This document shows positions 19,490-31,709 of a DNA stretch of 64,000 nt, piece by piece. Every line of letters begins with the position of its first letter. Positions within the stretch are counted from its first letter, which is position 1. Below the pieces are notes generated by a model. That model did not search any database. It saw only the letters and a program-made list of their open reading frames with translations, and was not told the DNA's origin. The DNA comes from Acidobacteriota bacterium (GTDB lineage: Bacteria; Acidobacteriota; Aminicenantia; UBA2199), in NCBI GenBank assembly GCA_018897435.1, contig JAHIKI010000063.1:16-64015 (forward strand), written 5' to 3'. A program made the position numbers and the translations under genes.

Positions 19490-20755
19490 CTACATGCCCT
19501 TGGACATCATGTTGATGAATTCGGCGTTGGATTTGGTCTTGGACAACTTTTCCACCAGCAATTCCATGGCTTCCACTTCCGACATCTGCGAAAGCACTTT
19601 GCGCAGGACCCAGATCTTGCTCAATTCCTCGCGTTCAATCAGCAGTTCTTCCTTGCGGGTCCCGGAACGGAAAAGATCGATGGCCGGGAAGACGCGCTTG
19701 TCCACCAGCCGGCGGTCGAGATTGATTTCCATATTGCCTGTGCCTTTGAATTCCTCGAAAATGACCTCGTCCATGCGGCTGCCGGAGTCGACTATGGCCG
19801 TGGCCAGGATGGTCAGGCTGCCGCCGCCTTCGATGTTCCTGGCGGCGCCGAAGAACTTTTTCGGTTTGTTCAGCGCGTTGGCGTCGATGCCGCCCGATAA
19901 CACCTTGCCCGAAGCCGGGGTGATGGCATTGTGGGCCCGGGCCAGGCGGGTGATCGAATCCAGGAGGATCACTACGTCTTTGCCCATTTCCACCATGCGT
20001 TTGGCTTTTTCCAGCACGATGTCGGCCACCTTGGTGTGGCGTAGGGGTATTTCATCAAAAGTCGAGGCGATGACTTCGCCCTTGACGTTGCGGCTCATAT
20101 CGGTGACTTCCTCGGGCCTTTCATCGATCAGCAGGACGATCAGGTTGATCTCTGGATGGTTGACCTCGATGGATTTGGCGATGCTCTGCAGGATCATGGT
20201 CTTGCCGGTGCGGGGAGCGGCCACGATCAATCCGCGCTGCCCCTTGCCCAGTGGGGTGAGCAGGTTCATCACCCGGCCGGACATGTTCTCGAGACCGGTT
20301 TCCAGGTTAATCTTTTCGTCGGGATACAAAGGAGTCAATTTTTCGAACCTGATGTTGCGGCGCTTTTCCGTCACCGATTCCGGATCCTCATTGTTGACCG
20401 CTTCCACACTCAGCAGGGCGAAATATTTTTCTCCGGTCTTGGGCGGGCGAACCGAGCCTGAAACCGTGTCGCCAGTACGCAGGTCGAACTTGTTCACCTG
20501 GGAAGGAGAAACGTAGATATCTTCGGGGCTGGTCAGGTAAGCGTATTCCTGGAAGCGCAGAAAACCGTAACCCTCACTGTGCACTTCAATGACCCCTTCA
20601 GCGAACAGTTTGCCGTTGGCGCGGGCCTGGACGTCCAGGATCTTGAAAAACAGAGAATTTTTATCGATGATGTCTTTTTCGTCTATTTCCAGTTCCTTGA
20701 CCAGTTTTTTCAATTCCAGCGCTTTCATGTTTTGCAGATCTTTCAATGAATACAT
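19490..20755 (-). CDS. rho: transcription termination factor Rho
   Basis: 421 aa. Rho N-terminal and CSD-like RNA-binding domains (GYGFLR). Walker [16 protein letters not shown]. Confidence 0.95.
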   Translation of the reverse strand: MYSLKDLQNMKALELKKLVKELEIDEKDIIDKNSLFFKILDVQARANGKLFAEGVIEVHSEGYGFLRFQEYAYLTSPEDIYVSPSQVNKFDLRTGDTVSGSVRPPKTGEKYFALLSVEAVNNEDPESVTEKRRNIRFEKLTPLYPDEKINLETGLENMSGRVMNLLTPLGKGQRGLIVAAPRTGKTMILQSIAKSIEVNHPEINLIVLLIDERPEEVTDMSRNVKGEVIASTFDEIPLRHTKVADIVLEKAKRMVEMGKDVVILLDSITRLARAHNAITPASGKVLSGGIDANALNKPKKFFGAARNIEGGGSLTILATAIVDSGSRMDEVIFEEFKGTGNMEINLDRRLVDKRVFPAIDLFRSGTRKEELLIEREELSKIWVLRKVLSQMSEVEAMELLVEKLSKTKSNAEFINMMSKGM

Positions 20756-20757
20756 AT

Positions 20758-21330
20758 TTACTCCTTAATGGCCTCTTTAATATATTTCCAAATTTCATTC
20801 TTTCCCGCTTGCGATTTGATTGAGAAAAAAACGGCCTGCAAGCCGAAATTTTTTATGAGTTGCGTGTTGAGTTTTTTTTGTTCAGAAAACGATAGTTTAT
20901 CACTTTTGGTCAGGATTGTCAAGATGCGAAAATTATTTTCGACGATTTGCGCCAGGGTGTCTAGGTCGGGCGGCAGAAAGCCCCGTCGGGAGTCGATGAG
21001 CAGGGCGGCCAAGCGGACGTTTTCCACCTGGTTTAAAAAATCTGTGATCAGCTGGCGCACTCGGGCGCTTTCGCTTTTCGCTACCTTGGCGAATCCGTAA
21101 CCGGGCATGTCGGCGAAAAGCAGTTTGCTGTCTATCAGGTAGTAATTGATACTCAGGGTTTTTCCGGGCGTGGAGCTTGTCTTGGCCAGCTTGTGCTCGA
21201 GCAGGGCATTGATCAGCGATGATTTGCCCACATTGGAGCGGCCGAAGAACAGGATCTTCGGGCGGTTGTCTCTGGGCAATTGGCTTTGATTGAAGAAAGT
21301 CCCGGCAAGTTCTGATTTTTTTATGTTCAT
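20758..21330 (-). CDS. engB: ribosome biogenesis GTP-binding protein YihA/EngB
   Basis: [17 protein letters not shown]1, DMPGYGF G3 and TKSDK G4 motifs. Confidence 0.9.
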   Translation of the reverse strand: MNIKKSELAGTFFNQSQLPRDNRPKILFFGRSNVGKSSLINALLEHKLAKTSSTPGKTLSINYYLIDSKLLFADMPGYGFAKVAKSESARVRQLITDFLNQVENVRLAALLIDSRRGFLPPDLDTLAQIVENNFRILTILTKSDKLSFSEQKKLNTQLIKNFGLQAVFFSIKSQAGKNEIWKYIKEAIKE

Positions 21331-21346
21331 TTGGGCGAACTAGTGC

Positions 21347-23677
21347 TTACTGTAAATTTGCTTCTTGCAACGGTCTGATGATCTTGCTCTTGATGTTTTT
21401 TATTTTGATGGGATCTTCCAGGACGATATCCAGAAGTTCATCCATGGTGTTGACCGGGTGGATTTGGATGTCATTTTTCAGTTCTTCGGGAATATCTTCC
21501 TGGAAATCCTTTTCATTTTCCGCCGGGATCAGGATGTGCTTGATGCCATAGCGGTGGGCGGCGATGATCTTTTCCTTGATGCCGCCGACCGGCAGGATCT
21601 TGCCGCGCAGGGTGATCTCACCGGTCATGGCGTAATCGGACCTGACCGGAATACCGGTCAGCAGGGAGAGCAGTGATACGGCCAGGGTGACGCCCGCTGA
21701 TGGTCCCTCTTTGGGCACAGCGCCTTCGGGGATATGAAGGTGAATGTCGTAATTTTTCAGTTCTTCGGTGTCCATCTCCAGCTCGAAAAGTTTCAGTTTA
21801 GTGTAGCTGAAAGCGGCTGACGACGACTCCTTCATCACTTCACCCAAGCGGCCGGTCAGGATCAATTCCCCCTTGCCTTTCAGCATGCGGGATTCCACCA
21901 CCAGGATATCACCACCGGCCGCGGTCCAGGCCAGCCCTATGGCCACGCCAATTTCGTTGCTGTGGAATATCTTCTGGTTGTTGTATTTGGCGATGCCCAG
22001 GTATTTCCGCAACAAAGCCTGATCGATGATCTTGTTTCCCTTTTCCTTGCGCTTTTTGCCTGTTTCGATTATGCTGCGGGCGGTTTTTCTCATGATGACC
22101 GCGATTTCCCGTTCCAGATTGCGCACCCCGGCTTCGCGCGTATATTCGTTGATGATGCTCAGCAGGACGTCATCGCTGATCTGGATTTCGGCCGGGGAAA
22201 AACCGTTTTTTTTCGCCTGCTTTTTCAGCAGAAAATTCTTGGCGATCTGCAGTTTCTCCCTTTCGGTATAGCCCGGGAGCTCGATTACTTCCATGCGGTC
22301 AAGCAGGGCCGGAGGAATGTTGTCGGCAAAGTTGGCCGTGGTGATAAAAAAGACCTGGGACAGGTCCAGCTCCAGGTCCAGGTAATGGTCGGTGAATTCA
22401 GCATTCTGTTCGGGATCGAGAGCTTCGAGCAGTGCGGAAGCCGGGTCGCCGCGGAAATCCGAATTCAGTTTGTCAATCTCGTCGAGCAAAAAAACCGGGT
22501 TCATGCTGGCGGCTTTTCTCAGGCCTTTTACGATCTGGCCGGGATAGGAACCGATATAGGTGCGACGGTGGCCGCGGATTTCCGCTTCATCCTTGACCCC
22601 GCCCAGCGAAACGCGGACGAATTTGCGGTCCAGGGCCCGGGCGATGGATTTGGAAAGGGAACTCTTGCCCACCCCCGGTGGTCCGACAAAGCAGAGGATC
22701 TCTCCTTGCGATTTCTTAACCAGCAGCCGTACGGCCAGGTAGTCCAGTATCCGGTCCTTGACCTTGAGCAGTCCGTAATGATCCTCGTTAAGAATCTGAG
22801 CCGCCAGCCGAATATCCCTGTTTTCCTTTTTGAATTTTTTCCAGGGGATGGCCAGCAGCCAGTCCAGATAATATCGGGAAACCGTGCCTTCGGCTGAAAA
22901 CGGCGGCATGGCAGCCAGGCGTTCCAACTCCTCGTCGGCTCTGATCTTGACATACTCGGGTAACTGGGCCGCCGCGATCTTTTTTTTATATTCTTCGTAA
23001 TCGGTTTCCTGGCCTTCCTCGCGCTTCAGCTTGGGTTCGATGTCCCGCTGACTTCTGAGCTGCAGGACCTCCTTTTTCAATATGTTGTAAACCCGGACGG
23101 CGCGGGCATAGGTATTCAGCTCCTCCAGCAGCGATTGCTTGATCTTCAGGGGGATGTTGATGATGGAGATAATGATGTCCGAGGCATCGGCCAATTGGCT
23201 GGGCCTGAGCCGGGTCATGATGCCTGGCAGGCGGACCCGTTTCAAATTGATATATTCTTCGAACAGAGCGATAAGGTTGCGCGAAAGTTCCAGCAGGTCT
23301 TTGCCGCTATCAGTGTGCTCCTCCAAAATGTCCAGCCGTACAAGGTGAAAATCGCTGTTGTCGGCATAATTGAGAACCTGCCCTCTTTTCAAGCCCTGAA
23401 CAACGATACGGTAACTGCCGTTGTTCTGTTCGGCCGATTTTTCGATCTTGGCAATGGTTCCGATTTCATACATTTCTTCGGGCAGTGGCGCTTCGGTGAC
23501 CTGGTTTTTCTGAGCGGCCAGGAATATATAACCGCCGTAGGTGTTCAACGATGCTTTCAGGGCGTTGACCGATTTGTCGCGGCCCACCAGGATCGGCACG
23601 ATGACGTTGGGGAAGGACACCAGCTCCCGCAGGGGGATCAGCGGCAGAATCAGTTCCTTGGAATTCAGGCGATCCAT
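21347..23677 (-). CDS. lon: ATP-dependent Lon protease (copy 1)
   Basis: 776 aa. [10 protein letters not shown] Walker A and the catalytic [10 protein letters not shown] motif. Sits in a tig-clpP-clpX-lon cluster. Confidence 0.95.
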   Translation of the reverse strand: MDRLNSKELILPLIPLRELVSFPNVIVPILVGRDKSVNALKASLNTYGGYIFLAAQKNQVTEAPLPEEMYEIGTIAKIEKSAEQNNGSYRIVVQGLKRGQVLNYADNSDFHLVRLDILEEHTDSGKDLLELSRNLIALFEEYINLKRVRLPGIMTRLRPSQLADASDIIISIINIPLKIKQSLLEELNTYARAVRVYNILKKEVLQLRSQRDIEPKLKREEGQETDYEEYKKKIAAAQLPEYVKIRADEELERLAAMPPFSAEGTVSRYYLDWLLAIPWKKFKKENRDIRLAAQILNEDHYGLLKVKDRILDYLAVRLLVKKSQGEILCFVGPPGVGKSSLSKSIARALDRKFVRVSLGGVKDEAEIRGHRRTYIGSYPGQIVKGLRKAASMNPVFLLDEIDKLNSDFRGDPASALLEALDPEQNAEFTDHYLDLELDLSQVFFITTANFADNIPPALLDRMEVIELPGYTEREKLQIAKNFLLKKQAKKNGFSPAEIQISDDVLLSIINEYTREAGVRNLEREIAVIMRKTARSIIETGKKRKEKGNKIIDQALLRKYLGIAKYNNQKIFHSNEIGVAIGLAWTAAGGDILVVESRMLKGKGELILTGRLGEVMKESSSAAFSYTKLKLFELEMDTEELKNYDIHLHIPEGAVPKEGPSAGVTLAVSLLSLLTGIPVRSDYAMTGEITLRGKILPVGGIKEKIIAAHRYGIKHILIPAENEKDFQEDIPEELKNDIQIHPVNTMDELLDIVLEDPIKIKNIKSKIIRPLQEANLQ

Positions 23678-24879
23678 TTTTTATCTTTGATGAAATCACC
23701 ATCGATCAGCACTTTGCTAAGCTGATCTTTTTTGGATGGGATTTCGAACATGAGATCAAGCATGATCTCTTCAAAAATGGCGCGCAGTCCCCTGGCGCCG
23801 ACGCCGCGGGCGCTGGCTTGCTCGGTGATCTTTTCTAAAGCTTCCTTGGAGAATTCCAGATCCACTCCGTCCATCTTGAAGAGGGCCTTGAACTGCTTGG
23901 TGATGGCGTCCTTTGGTTCCAGAAGGATGCGGTACAGTTGTTCATTGTCGAGCTCATTGAGAACGCCGACCACCGAAAAACGGCCGACCAGCTCGGGGAT
24001 CAGGCCGTAGCGGATCAGGTCGTCGGTCTGAACCTGTTCGCAGATGTCGGAGCGAAACTGGCGGTTCTTTTCCTTGCTGTTGCTGAAACCGATCAGGTTT
24101 TTTTTCAGTCGCCGCGTAATGATCTTTTCCAAGCCTACGAAAGCGCCGCCGGCTATGAACAATATGTTCCTGGTATCGATCTTTAAAAATTCCTGATATG
24201 GGTGCTTGCGCCCACCCAAGGGGGGGACATTGGCCACGGTACCTTCGACGATCTTTAGCAGCGCCTGTTGCACACCTTCGCCGGAGACATCGCGGGTGAT
24301 GGAGGGGTTTTCACTTTTGCGCGAGATCTTGTCCAGTTCGTCGATATATATGATGCCCTTTTCCGCCAGCTCTTTGTTCTCGCCAGCGGCCTGATAGAGC
24401 TTCAACAGGATATTTTCAACATCTTCGCCTACATATCCGGCTTCGGTGAGAGTGGTGGCGTCGGCCATGGCGAACGGGACATCAAGGATCTTGGCCAGGG
24501 TTTCAGCCAGCAGGGTTTTGCCGGTGCCGGTCGGTCCAATAAGCAGGACATTGCTCTTGCGGATATCAACTTTGGCCAGGTTCTGGTTGTGGCTGATCCG
24601 CTTGTAATGGTTGTAAACGGCCACGGCCAGCTTCTTTTTCGCCGTGTCCTGGGAAATAATGTATTCGTCAAGCTTGCCTTTGATCTCGACCGGGGTCAAC
24701 AACTTTATTTTTTTTCCGCTGATTGGGGGCTTCGGCGTTTCGCCGCCGCTGAAGATCAGGTTGTAGGCGGTTTTGGTGCATTCGTCGCAGATGTATACCC
24801 CGGGGCCGGCGATCAGTTTCATGGACCGCGATTGGGGGATACCGCAAAAGCTGCAACGGGCTTCTTTCTCTTCCTTCAT
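23665..24879 (-). CDS. clpX: ATP-dependent Clp protease ATP-binding subunit ClpX
   Basis: N-terminal zinc finger CSFCG...CDEC and Walker A GPTGTGKT. Confidence 0.95.
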   Translation of the reverse strand: MKEEKEARCSFCGIPQSRSMKLIAGPGVYICDECTKTAYNLIFSGGETPKPPISGKKIKLLTPVEIKGKLDEYIISQDTAKKKLAVAVYNHYKRISHNQNLAKVDIRKSNVLLIGPTGTGKTLLAETLAKILDVPFAMADATTLTEAGYVGEDVENILLKLYQAAGENKELAEKGIIYIDELDKISRKSENPSITRDVSGEGVQQALLKIVEGTVANVPPLGGRKHPYQEFLKIDTRNILFIAGGAFVGLEKIITRRLKKNLIGFSNSKEKNRQFRSDICEQVQTDDLIRYGLIPELVGRFSVVGVLNELDNEQLYRILLEPKDAITKQFKALFKMDGVDLEFSKEALEKITEQASARGVGARGLRAIFEEIMLDLMFEIPSKKDQLSKVLIDGDFIKDKKWIA

Positions 24880-25481
24880 TTGGATCCCTTTTTCTCCTTT
24901 TTGCGGTCACTGATCACCGAGTCGATGATTCCGTATTTCAGGGCTTCATCCGGGGACATGATGCAGTCCCTTTCTATGTCTTGGGCGATCTTTTCGTTTT
25001 TCTGGCCGGTGTGCAGCGACAGGATCTCGATGGTTTTTTCCTTGACTTTGCGGATCTCCTCGGCCTGGATCAATATGTCGGTGGCCTGGCCTTCAAAACC
25101 GCCCAGGGGCTGATGGATGATGATTTTGGAGTTGGGCAGGGCGAAACGCTTGCCCTTGGTGCCGGCCGCGAGCAGAATGGCGGCCATAGATGCCGCCTGC
25201 CCGATGCAAATGGTCACAACATCGTTCTTGATGAAACGCATGGTGTCATATATGGCCATGCCGGAACTGATCACGCCACCCGGGGAATTGATGTAGATGG
25301 ACACATCTTTCTCCGCGTCCTCGGCTTCCAGAAACAGCAGTTGGGCGATGGTGACGTTGGCTACGTTGTCGTCGATGGCCGAACCGAGGAAAATGACCGA
25401 GTCTTTCAGCAGCCGGGAATATATATCGTAAGCCCTTTCGACATTTCCCGATTGTTCGATGACCATGGGAATGAGTGGCAT
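24876..25481 (-). CDS. clpP: ATP-dependent Clp protease proteolytic subunit
   Basis: 201 aa. [13 protein letters not shown] and the catalytic-Ser region GQAASMAA. Confidence 0.95.
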   Translation of the reverse strand: MPLIPMVIEQSGNVERAYDIYSRLLKDSVIFLGSAIDDNVANVTIAQLLFLEAEDAEKDVSIYINSPGGVISSGMAIYDTMRFIKNDVVTICIGQAASMAAILLAAGTKGKRFALPNSKIIIHQPLGGFEGQATDILIQAEEIRKVKEKTIEILSLHTGQKNEKIAQDIERDCIMSPDEALKYGIIDSVISDRKKEKKGSK

Positions 25482-25482
25482 G

Positions 25483-26820
25483 CTATACCTCTTTAATTTT
25501 TATTTTATCCCTGATGAACGCGTTGATCTTGACGTTGAGCAGGTGGTCGCGAAGTTCCGTCGCCTTTTTTTCTTCGCTGTAATATTTCCTGATCTCTTTT
25601 TCCGGCAGTGAATGGTGTTGGGACAGGTGGGCGTATTCCTTTTCCAGATCCTGGTCGGTTACCGCGATATGATGCTGCCGGTGCACTTGTTCCAAAATCA
25701 AGGACAGACGGACCGCTTTTTCGGCCTGAGCGAACATCATCTCCTTAAACTTGGCTTTCTCTCCGTCATCTTTAAAATTCAGGGGGCGGTGGTTCTGTGA
25801 CAGTTGGCGTGCCACTTCCTGTTCCAGCAGCGAGTTTGGGACCGGAAATTGGCTTGTTTCCAGAAGTTTTTCGTAAATGCCATCCATGACTTTTTCGTCC
25901 TTTTGATGCTCCTGGCGGTGTTCGTATTCCTCTTTCAGCTTGATTTTGAAATCTTCGGCGTTTTTCATGCCCAGAGATTTGAGGAAATTTTCATCCAGTT
26001 CCGGTTTTTTTAATTCATAGATGGCTTTGATCTCCACCTGGTGTTCGATATCCTTGCCTGCCCAGGCCTTTTTCGGTGCAGCGGTCGGGTAGGATCTCTG
26101 GATGGTGAATTTTTCTTCGCTTTTTTTCCCCAGCAGCTCATCGTGCAGTCCGACGATTTCCGCTTCCTTTTCCTTGTTCATCATGAAATAAATTTCTTGG
26201 CGCGGCCATTTTCTCTTGCCTGCCGTGTCTGCGGATTGCACCAGCAGCAACACCATGTCGTTTTCGGTGATGGCGCGGTCCTTAACCGGCAGTGATCTTT
26301 TGTTGGCTTCCAGGACCTTTTCGATCTGCTTGGTTTCGTCGAAAGTTTCCCCTTTCAAATCGGGGGCCGCTATTCTGACTTGCAGGGTCTCCAGATCGGG
26401 AAGCTTGATTTCCGGGAGAGTCTCGACCGCGATGTCGGCTTGAAAATCCTCGCCTTCCGGATTGTCCATTTTTTCCACGTACGGTTCACTGGCCACGGCG
26501 ATCTTGTCTTTTTCGATCTGGGCAAAGGCTAGTTTGCTGACGGCCTGTTGAATGACCTCTTCTTTCAGGGCCTGTTTGTACACTTTTTTAACCACATCAA
26601 CCGGGACTTTTCCCTGGCGGAAACCAGGCATTTTTACTTTCTGGCTGTATTGCACGGCCAGGGCATCGATCTCGCGGGCGATATCCTCCTTGCTCATGGA
26701 GATTTTAAAACGCCGGATCAGGACATTGTCATCCTTGTCCTGGGCCGCTGGCTGCAAATTCCCCGTGTCATCGGCTTCGGAAACGGACTTTGTTTCGGCA
26801 TCCGCGTTTTTGTGATTCAT
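25483..26820 (-). CDS. tig: trigger factor
   Basis: 445 aa. GFRQGKVP ribosome-binding signature. Sits upstream of clpP. Carries a ~30-aa acidic N-terminal extension. Confidence 0.9.
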   Translation of the reverse strand: MNHKNADAETKSVSEADDTGNLQPAAQDKDDNVLIRRFKISMSKEDIAREIDALAVQYSQKVKMPGFRQGKVPVDVVKKVYKQALKEEVIQQAVSKLAFAQIEKDKIAVASEPYVEKMDNPEGEDFQADIAVETLPEIKLPDLETLQVRIAAPDLKGETFDETKQIEKVLEANKRSLPVKDRAITENDMVLLLVQSADTAGKRKWPRQEIYFMMNKEKEAEIVGLHDELLGKKSEEKFTIQRSYPTAAPKKAWAGKDIEHQVEIKAIYELKKPELDENFLKSLGMKNAEDFKIKLKEEYEHRQEHQKDEKVMDGIYEKLLETSQFPVPNSLLEQEVARQLSQNHRPLNFKDDGEKAKFKEMMFAQAEKAVRLSLILEQVHRQHHIAVTDQDLEKEYAHLSQHHSLPEKEIRKYYSEEKKATELRDHLLNVKINAFIRDKIKIKEV

Positions 26821-26885
26821 GATGGTAGCTCCTGAATGGTACAGTGTGAGGTGTGATCAAACTTTAGCAAAAAAGCGTTCTCTTG

Positions 26886-27785
26886 TCAAATGCCCAGAAA
26901 GGCGATGTCCTGGCGGATCTGTTCAACCAGGTCCTGGACCGAAGTGAATTCTTTTTCCTCGCGGATCTTATCGATAAAAAAGAGGCGAATCCTTTTGCCG
27001 TAGACCGTACGCTGGAAACCGGGAATATGGGTTTCGATCTTCTGAGGAACCGCCGCAACAATATGAAACGTTGGAGCGAAACCGATATTGGTGACCGAGG
27101 CGAACTGGCGCTTGCCGATCTCGGCCAGGGTATGGAAAACGCCGCTGGGAAGGATCTGATTCTTGGTCGCGATGTTGATGGTCGGGAAACCCAGTTTTTT
27201 TCCTCTTCCCGCCCCTCTTTCCACGATACCGTCGATGTAATATGGCTTTTCCAGCATGTGGTTGGCCTCGCGGACGGCTCCCGCAGCTAGTTTTTTGCGT
27301 ATCAGGGAGCTGGCCACCCGGCAGCCGTCGATTTTCACGGTCGCAGATTGGATGATCTTGAAATGCGCTGTTGTCGCTTCCCGGTGCAGGTGGGCCAGGT
27401 CGCCTTCGCGGTTGCGGCCGAAGCGGAAATCCTCGCCGACGACCAGCACCTTCATGCGCAAAGTGTTTAAAAGGAGATCCCTGACAAACTCACGGGCCGG
27501 GAGAGCCACCACTATGCCAAAATCGATGAAAAAAAGATAGTCCGGCTGCTGGCGGCTTAAGGTTTCGCGACGCTGGCGGTCGGTGCTGATCAGCTGGATG
27601 GGGTGGTTAAAATAAAGGCGGGGATGGGGATGAAAGGTGAGGACAACGGCAAGCAGTTTTTCGTGCCGGGCGGTTTTATGCAAGGTTTCGATGATCGTTT
27701 TGTGGCCAGCATGAAATCCATCGAAATTGCCGATGGCCACAGCGCTGGGGCCGGGGAGTTTTTCCAGGCGGCTGCGAAATTTCAT
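26886..27785 (-). CDS. ribF: bifunctional riboflavin kinase / FAD synthetase
   Basis: AIGNFDGFHAGH nucleotidyltransferase motif. C-terminal riboflavin kinase motif GFPTINI...E. Confidence 0.92.
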   Translation of the reverse strand: MKFRSRLEKLPGPSAVAIGNFDGFHAGHKTIIETLHKTARHEKLLAVVLTFHPHPRLYFNHPIQLISTDRQRRETLSRQQPDYLFFIDFGIVVALPAREFVRDLLLNTLRMKVLVVGEDFRFGRNREGDLAHLHREATTAHFKIIQSATVKIDGCRVASSLIRKKLAAGAVREANHMLEKPYYIDGIVERGAGRGKKLGFPTINIATKNQILPSGVFHTLAEIGKRQFASVTNIGFAPTFHIVAAVPQKIETHIPGFQRTVYGKRIRLFFIDKIREEKEFTSVQDLVEQIRQDIAFLGI

Positions 27786-27788
27786 TGT

Positions 27789-28769
27789 TCAGCGTGCGGG
27801 CAGAGTCGATGAAAGATTGAGGCGGTAAAGCTGCGTCTTCAGCAGCATGTTTTTTTTGTGAAAAGGCCGCAGCGGCGTGAAAAAGGTAAACAGCAGCAAG
27901 AGGGCCAGCAGGATCAAGAGCAATTGATTCAGGCGGCTGAGCTTTCGGGCATTTTCATGTTCCAGATCTTCGAAAACCTTCTTTTCCTGGATCTCCTGGA
28001 TTTCGGTTTTCTCCTTTTTTTTCATCAGCCCCTTGTTAGCGAGGTTGAAAAGATTTTTGTAGATCTTGTACTCGGTGAAAAGGCCCATTTCGACTATGTC
28101 TTGGACCGTGTTTTTGCCGTTGATGTACTTGAGCAGGTTGACTTCGGTCTCGGTCAGATAAAGGGTGTTGCTGTCCTTGGATTGCAGATCGTCATCATAT
28201 TCGGAGATCATTGATATTTTTTTGTTGCCCAGAAAAACCGGCTCGAAAATAATGCCCTCGGAAGGGATAACTTTTTTGATCAGCGGCCATTCATCGAGCA
28301 TCTGCACCCCTTCCATGATCAGGTTGTCCACGGCGATGGGGCTGAGCAGGCGCAGCTCCTTGTCGACATAATCCAGCACTTTGAAATTGTACTCGCCTTT
28401 TTTCCAGTTGAACAACGACAGCACGATCTGGGTGGCCTGGATCTTGAGCACTTCGGGAATAATCTTCTCGTCGATCAGACCCATGCCGATCAGGATCTCG
28501 CCGACCTTCTGATTGGTCCTTTTCTGAATGGACAAAGCCCTTTGCAGCATCTCTTCGCTGATGATCTCTTGCTTAACGAAGACGTTGCCCACGCGCATCT
28601 CCAGCTTCTTGGGAAAGGCGTCGATGCCGATGATGAAGCCGTCCTCGAATATCAGGGTGATAAAGCCTTCCTGGCTATTGAAGGTCAGGATGCCGGTTTT
28701 TTTTTGCAGGGAGATCAACTGCAGGATATCCGGGACTTTAAACTCTCTCAGGGTTCCTTTAAAAGCCAT
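27789..28769 (-). CDS. DUF4388 domain protein with a C-terminal TM segment
   Basis: N-terminus KGTLREFKVPDILQLISLQKKTGILTF is typical of DUF4388 (from memory). Hydrophobic LLLILLALLLLFTFF near the C-terminus. Confidence 0.6.
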   Translation of the reverse strand: MAFKGTLREFKVPDILQLISLQKKTGILTFNSQEGFITLIFEDGFIIGIDAFPKKLEMRVGNVFVKQEIISEEMLQRALSIQKRTNQKVGEILIGMGLIDEKIIPEVLKIQATQIVLSLFNWKKGEYNFKVLDYVDKELRLLSPIAVDNLIMEGVQMLDEWPLIKKVIPSEGIIFEPVFLGNKKISMISEYDDDLQSKDSNTLYLTETEVNLLKYINGKNTVQDIVEMGLFTEYKIYKNLFNLANKGLMKKKEKTEIQEIQEKKVFEDLEHENARKLSRLNQLLLILLALLLLFTFFTPLRPFHKKNMLLKTQLYRLNLSSTLPAR

Positions 28770-30519
28770 TGTGGTTCCCCTTCAGTGCATAGGCATTGAT
28801 GGCCAGGTACAAAACAATGGCTACGATGCCGATGATATTCAGGAACATGGGAATGGTGCCGAAAATGCTTTTGAAAGCCAGGGCGGTGAAAAGGAAAAAA
28901 CCGAAAACATTGAAAAACAGCAGGAACAAGAAAGTGAATGCTCTGCTTTTGTCTTCGAAGTTCAGGGAAAATCCGGGGATGATAAGGGAAACCAGAAGGA
29001 TTAGGGACTTCTTTAGACGGAACTGCCGGTTGATATCCTTCTCCATGAGGATTTTTGCATCCAGAAAAATGGGATCCTTGATCAAAAACAGCTGGTAGCA
29101 GCCTTCGCACAAGGCGTGGGCCTGTTCAATCGACAATTTTTTGATGATCCTGGCGCATTTGCTGCAAAATGTGCTTTGCCCCAGGGCAAGGGAAAATCTT
29201 TTCAACAGAGTGATATAAACCGCCATGATCAGGATGGCCAGCAGTACCGGAAATTTAATAAATTCGATGGCAACGATTTCCAAAAAATTCCAGACATGAA
29301 AATTTTGCCAGGAAAATTTCAGCAGTCTATTCCATAATATTTTTTCCGGGAATTTGGTTTTCTGCAAGGCCGTGACCTTGTCCTTGAGGCTTTGGATCTG
29401 CGGGTAGCTTTTACTGTAAAAAAGGAATAGTTCCGGATCATTGTTTTTCAGCAAGGCCATGGTGAAATTTTTCAAAGTACTCTGGTTCTGGTTGTCCAGG
29501 CTCAGTGATTGGCGGTAATATTGAATGCTCTGGAGCACGTTTCCTTTTTCATAGTAAATATTACCGAGTAGGTTGAATTTGAGCATGGAATTGTAATTGT
29601 TGCCCGTAGCCTGCAGGATGTCCAAGGCCTCATTCGTATGATTGCGGTTGTAATAAGCGTAGGCCTGCATGATCTTCATCTCATTGTCAAAGTGATTGTA
29701 AGTGCTTTCCGGAAAAAGCTGTTCGGCATAAATCTTTTGTACGGTTTGAAATCCGGGAGTTTGCAAACTTTTTTCCAGGTATTGGCCAAGGCTGTGCAAG
29801 AAGACCAAAACCAGGAGAATAACCACGATGCGCTTGATATTGACCTGGTCGTCGTGGTTGAAATAATCCCAGAGAAATCCGCAGAAAAGAAATGGATAGA
29901 ATCCCCAACCGCCTGTCAGGGCCAGGGGCCAAAGCAGAAGCAGTAGCAATAGGAGGAGCTTGTGAATCTTGAAACGGGGATTGCTCCCCATGATGAAGTC
30001 ATGGGCGGCAAGTTTAAAGTACTTGATGAACATGACGGTTGTGACCAGGTAAAAAAGGAGCAGACCTGAAAAAAGCAGGATGTTAAAGAAGCTGTTTAAC
30101 AGGATGAATGAGCTGTTGAACCCACGCGTCAATAGTCCGAATTGCCGCCCGATATAATTCAAGTTCCACAGGAAATTTCCCCGGCGCCGGGAGATCTTTT
30201 CCAACTTGTTGTACATGGGCCAGGCGTCCTGGGGGGAAATGTTCAGAATCTTTTTAAAAAATGTTTCGGCCAGCTGATAATCACCTTTTTGATAATAGCG
30301 GTCGCCCAATTCCGCCAATTTGTTCATCAGCTCGATTTTATCGGAATGGGGCAGAGTCTGGGCGTTAATTTTGTCCAGGTTTTTCTTTACTTCGGCCAGG
30401 TTGCCGATGGAGTTGTAGAAATAGATTTTTTTCAGATCGCCCCAGGGGTTGGTCGCCGCCGGGGATAGTGAAGCCATTAGGGCCAGGACGATCAGGGGCA
30501 TAATTATTTTATTAGCCAT
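28759..30519 (-). CDS. polytopic membrane protein with TPR-like repeats
   Basis: 586 aa with a signal/TM N-terminus. TPR-like segments (YYQKGDYQLAETFFKKIL; YYEKGNVLQSIQYYRQSL). Multiple TM helices and a CSKC...CEGC zinc-ribbon-like motif. Confidence 0.5.
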   Translation of the reverse strand: MANKIIMPLIVLALMASLSPAATNPWGDLKKIYFYNSIGNLAEVKKNLDKINAQTLPHSDKIELMNKLAELGDRYYQKGDYQLAETFFKKILNISPQDAWPMYNKLEKISRRRGNFLWNLNYIGRQFGLLTRGFNSSFILLNSFFNILLFSGLLLFYLVTTVMFIKYFKLAAHDFIMGSNPRFKIHKLLLLLLLLLWPLALTGGWGFYPFLFCGFLWDYFNHDDQVNIKRIVVILLVLVFLHSLGQYLEKSLQTPGFQTVQKIYAEQLFPESTYNHFDNEMKIMQAYAYYNRNHTNEALDILQATGNNYNSMLKFNLLGNIYYEKGNVLQSIQYYRQSLSLDNQNQSTLKNFTMALLKNNDPELFLFYSKSYPQIQSLKDKVTALQKTKFPEKILWNRLLKFSWQNFHVWNFLEIVAIEFIKFPVLLAILIMAVYITLLKRFSLALGQSTFCSKCARIIKKLSIEQAHALCEGCYQLFLIKDPIFLDAKILMEKDINRQFRLKKSLILLVSLIIPGFSLNFEDKSRAFTFLFLLFFNVFGFFLFTALAFKSIFGTIPMFLNIIGIVAIVLYLAINAYALKGNHNGF

Positions 30520-30826
30520 TTTTCACTCGTGTTTTTTTTAAGAAAATTTTTTGCATGTTTTCTAAAACATCGCTTAAAAAAGCGGCCTCATCAGGGAGCA
30601 GGTTGCCGCTAGTTTTGAGTTGCAGTTCTATAAGAAGATCGATGAAGAATTCTGCCCCGACTGCATCGAGAATGGCTTGTCCGTTCAAGGGGTCGGGGAT
30701 TTCTCCCAAACGGATCATGCCCTGGGTGGCCAGAAGAATGACGATGGCGCGGATGTCCCTTTTTTCCGGATACGTCTTACCTTTTCCCATCCTGATAACT
30801 ATACCATAAGCATGGCGGTTCTTCAA
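30512..30826 (-). CDS. DUF1844 domain protein
   Basis: LATQGMIRLGEIPDPLNGQAILDAVGAEFFIDLLIELQLKTSGNLLPDEAAFLSDVL matches my recollection of DUF1844. Start uncertain (30826 or 30790). Confidence 0.55.
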   Translation of the reverse strand: MKNRHAYGIVIRMGKGKTYPEKRDIRAIVILLATQGMIRLGEIPDPLNGQAILDAVGAEFFIDLLIELQLKTSGNLLPDEAAFLSDVLENMQKIFLKKTRVKNG

Positions 30827-30941
30827 ACGTCAATACGCGGTCGGCAGAAAAAAATATTTGCCGCCCTGTTGCCAGCGCTTGCGCATGATGTGGATTGCCG
30901 CTATGATGTCATTTGCATCGCAGGCCCCGGAGAAAAATGAT

Positions 30942-31706
30942 ATGAAAGAATTCAGCCGGCTGGTCAGGATCATAAAGAAGCTTCGCCACCCCCTACGGGG
31001 TTGCCCCTGGGACCTGAAGCAATCCCCTGCATCATTGAAGGAATACGTTCTGGAAGAAACCCACGAATTGATAGGAGCTATTGACAGCGGCGATGCCGAA
31101 GCGATCAGGGAAGAGTTGGGCGACCTGCTGCTGCAGGTCGTTTTTCTTGCCCGGCTGGCCGAGGAAGATAAAAAATTCTCTATTCGCGAAGTGATTGCGA
31201 CCATCTCGGAGAAACTGGTCCGCCGCCATCCGCATATCTTCGGATCGGTAAAAGTCAACGGGGCCGATGATGTCAAAGTTAACTGGGAAAAAATCAAGAT
31301 CGCTGAAAAAAACAAACAAAGCGTCATTTCCGACTATCCGCCCGCCATGCCCTCATTGCTTCTGGCCAACCGCATCGCTTCCCAGGCCTCGGGCGTCGGC
31401 TTCGATTGGAACGATGCCGGCAAGGCCTTTGCCAAAGTTGCCGAGGAAATAGAGGAATTGCGGGTGGAAATCAATGAAAACCGGCTTCATGAAGCCGAAA
31501 ATGAGATCGGTGACCTGCTTTTTGCCGTGGCCAACGTGGCCCGGCTGCTGAAGATCAATCCCGAATTCGCTCTGGCGCGTACCAATAAAAAATTTACCAG
31601 CCGCTTTCGCCATATCGAAGTGGAATTAAAAAAACAGGGCAAGGATATCGGCAATGCTTCATTGGCAGAAATGGAAACGCTTTGGAACCAGGCCAAAGAC
31701 AAATAA
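30942..31706 (+). CDS. mazG: nucleoside triphosphate pyrophosphohydrolase MazG
   Basis: ORF 30858..31706, with a likely ATG at 30942 (MKEFSRLV). CPWDLKQSPASLKEYVLEETHELIGAI and a second EEIEEL...GDLLFAVAN repeat. Confidence 0.9.
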   Translation: MKEFSRLVRIIKKLRHPLRGCPWDLKQSPASLKEYVLEETHELIGAIDSGDAEAIREELGDLLLQVVFLARLAEEDKKFSIREVIATISEKLVRRHPHIFGSVKVNGADDVKVNWEKIKIAEKNKQSVISDYPPAMPSLLLANRIASQASGVGFDWNDAGKAFAKVAEEIEELRVEINENRLHEAENEIGDLLFAVANVARLLKINPEFALARTNKKFTSRFRHIEVELKKQGKDIGNASLAEMETLWNQAKDK

Positions 31707-31709
31707 TTC

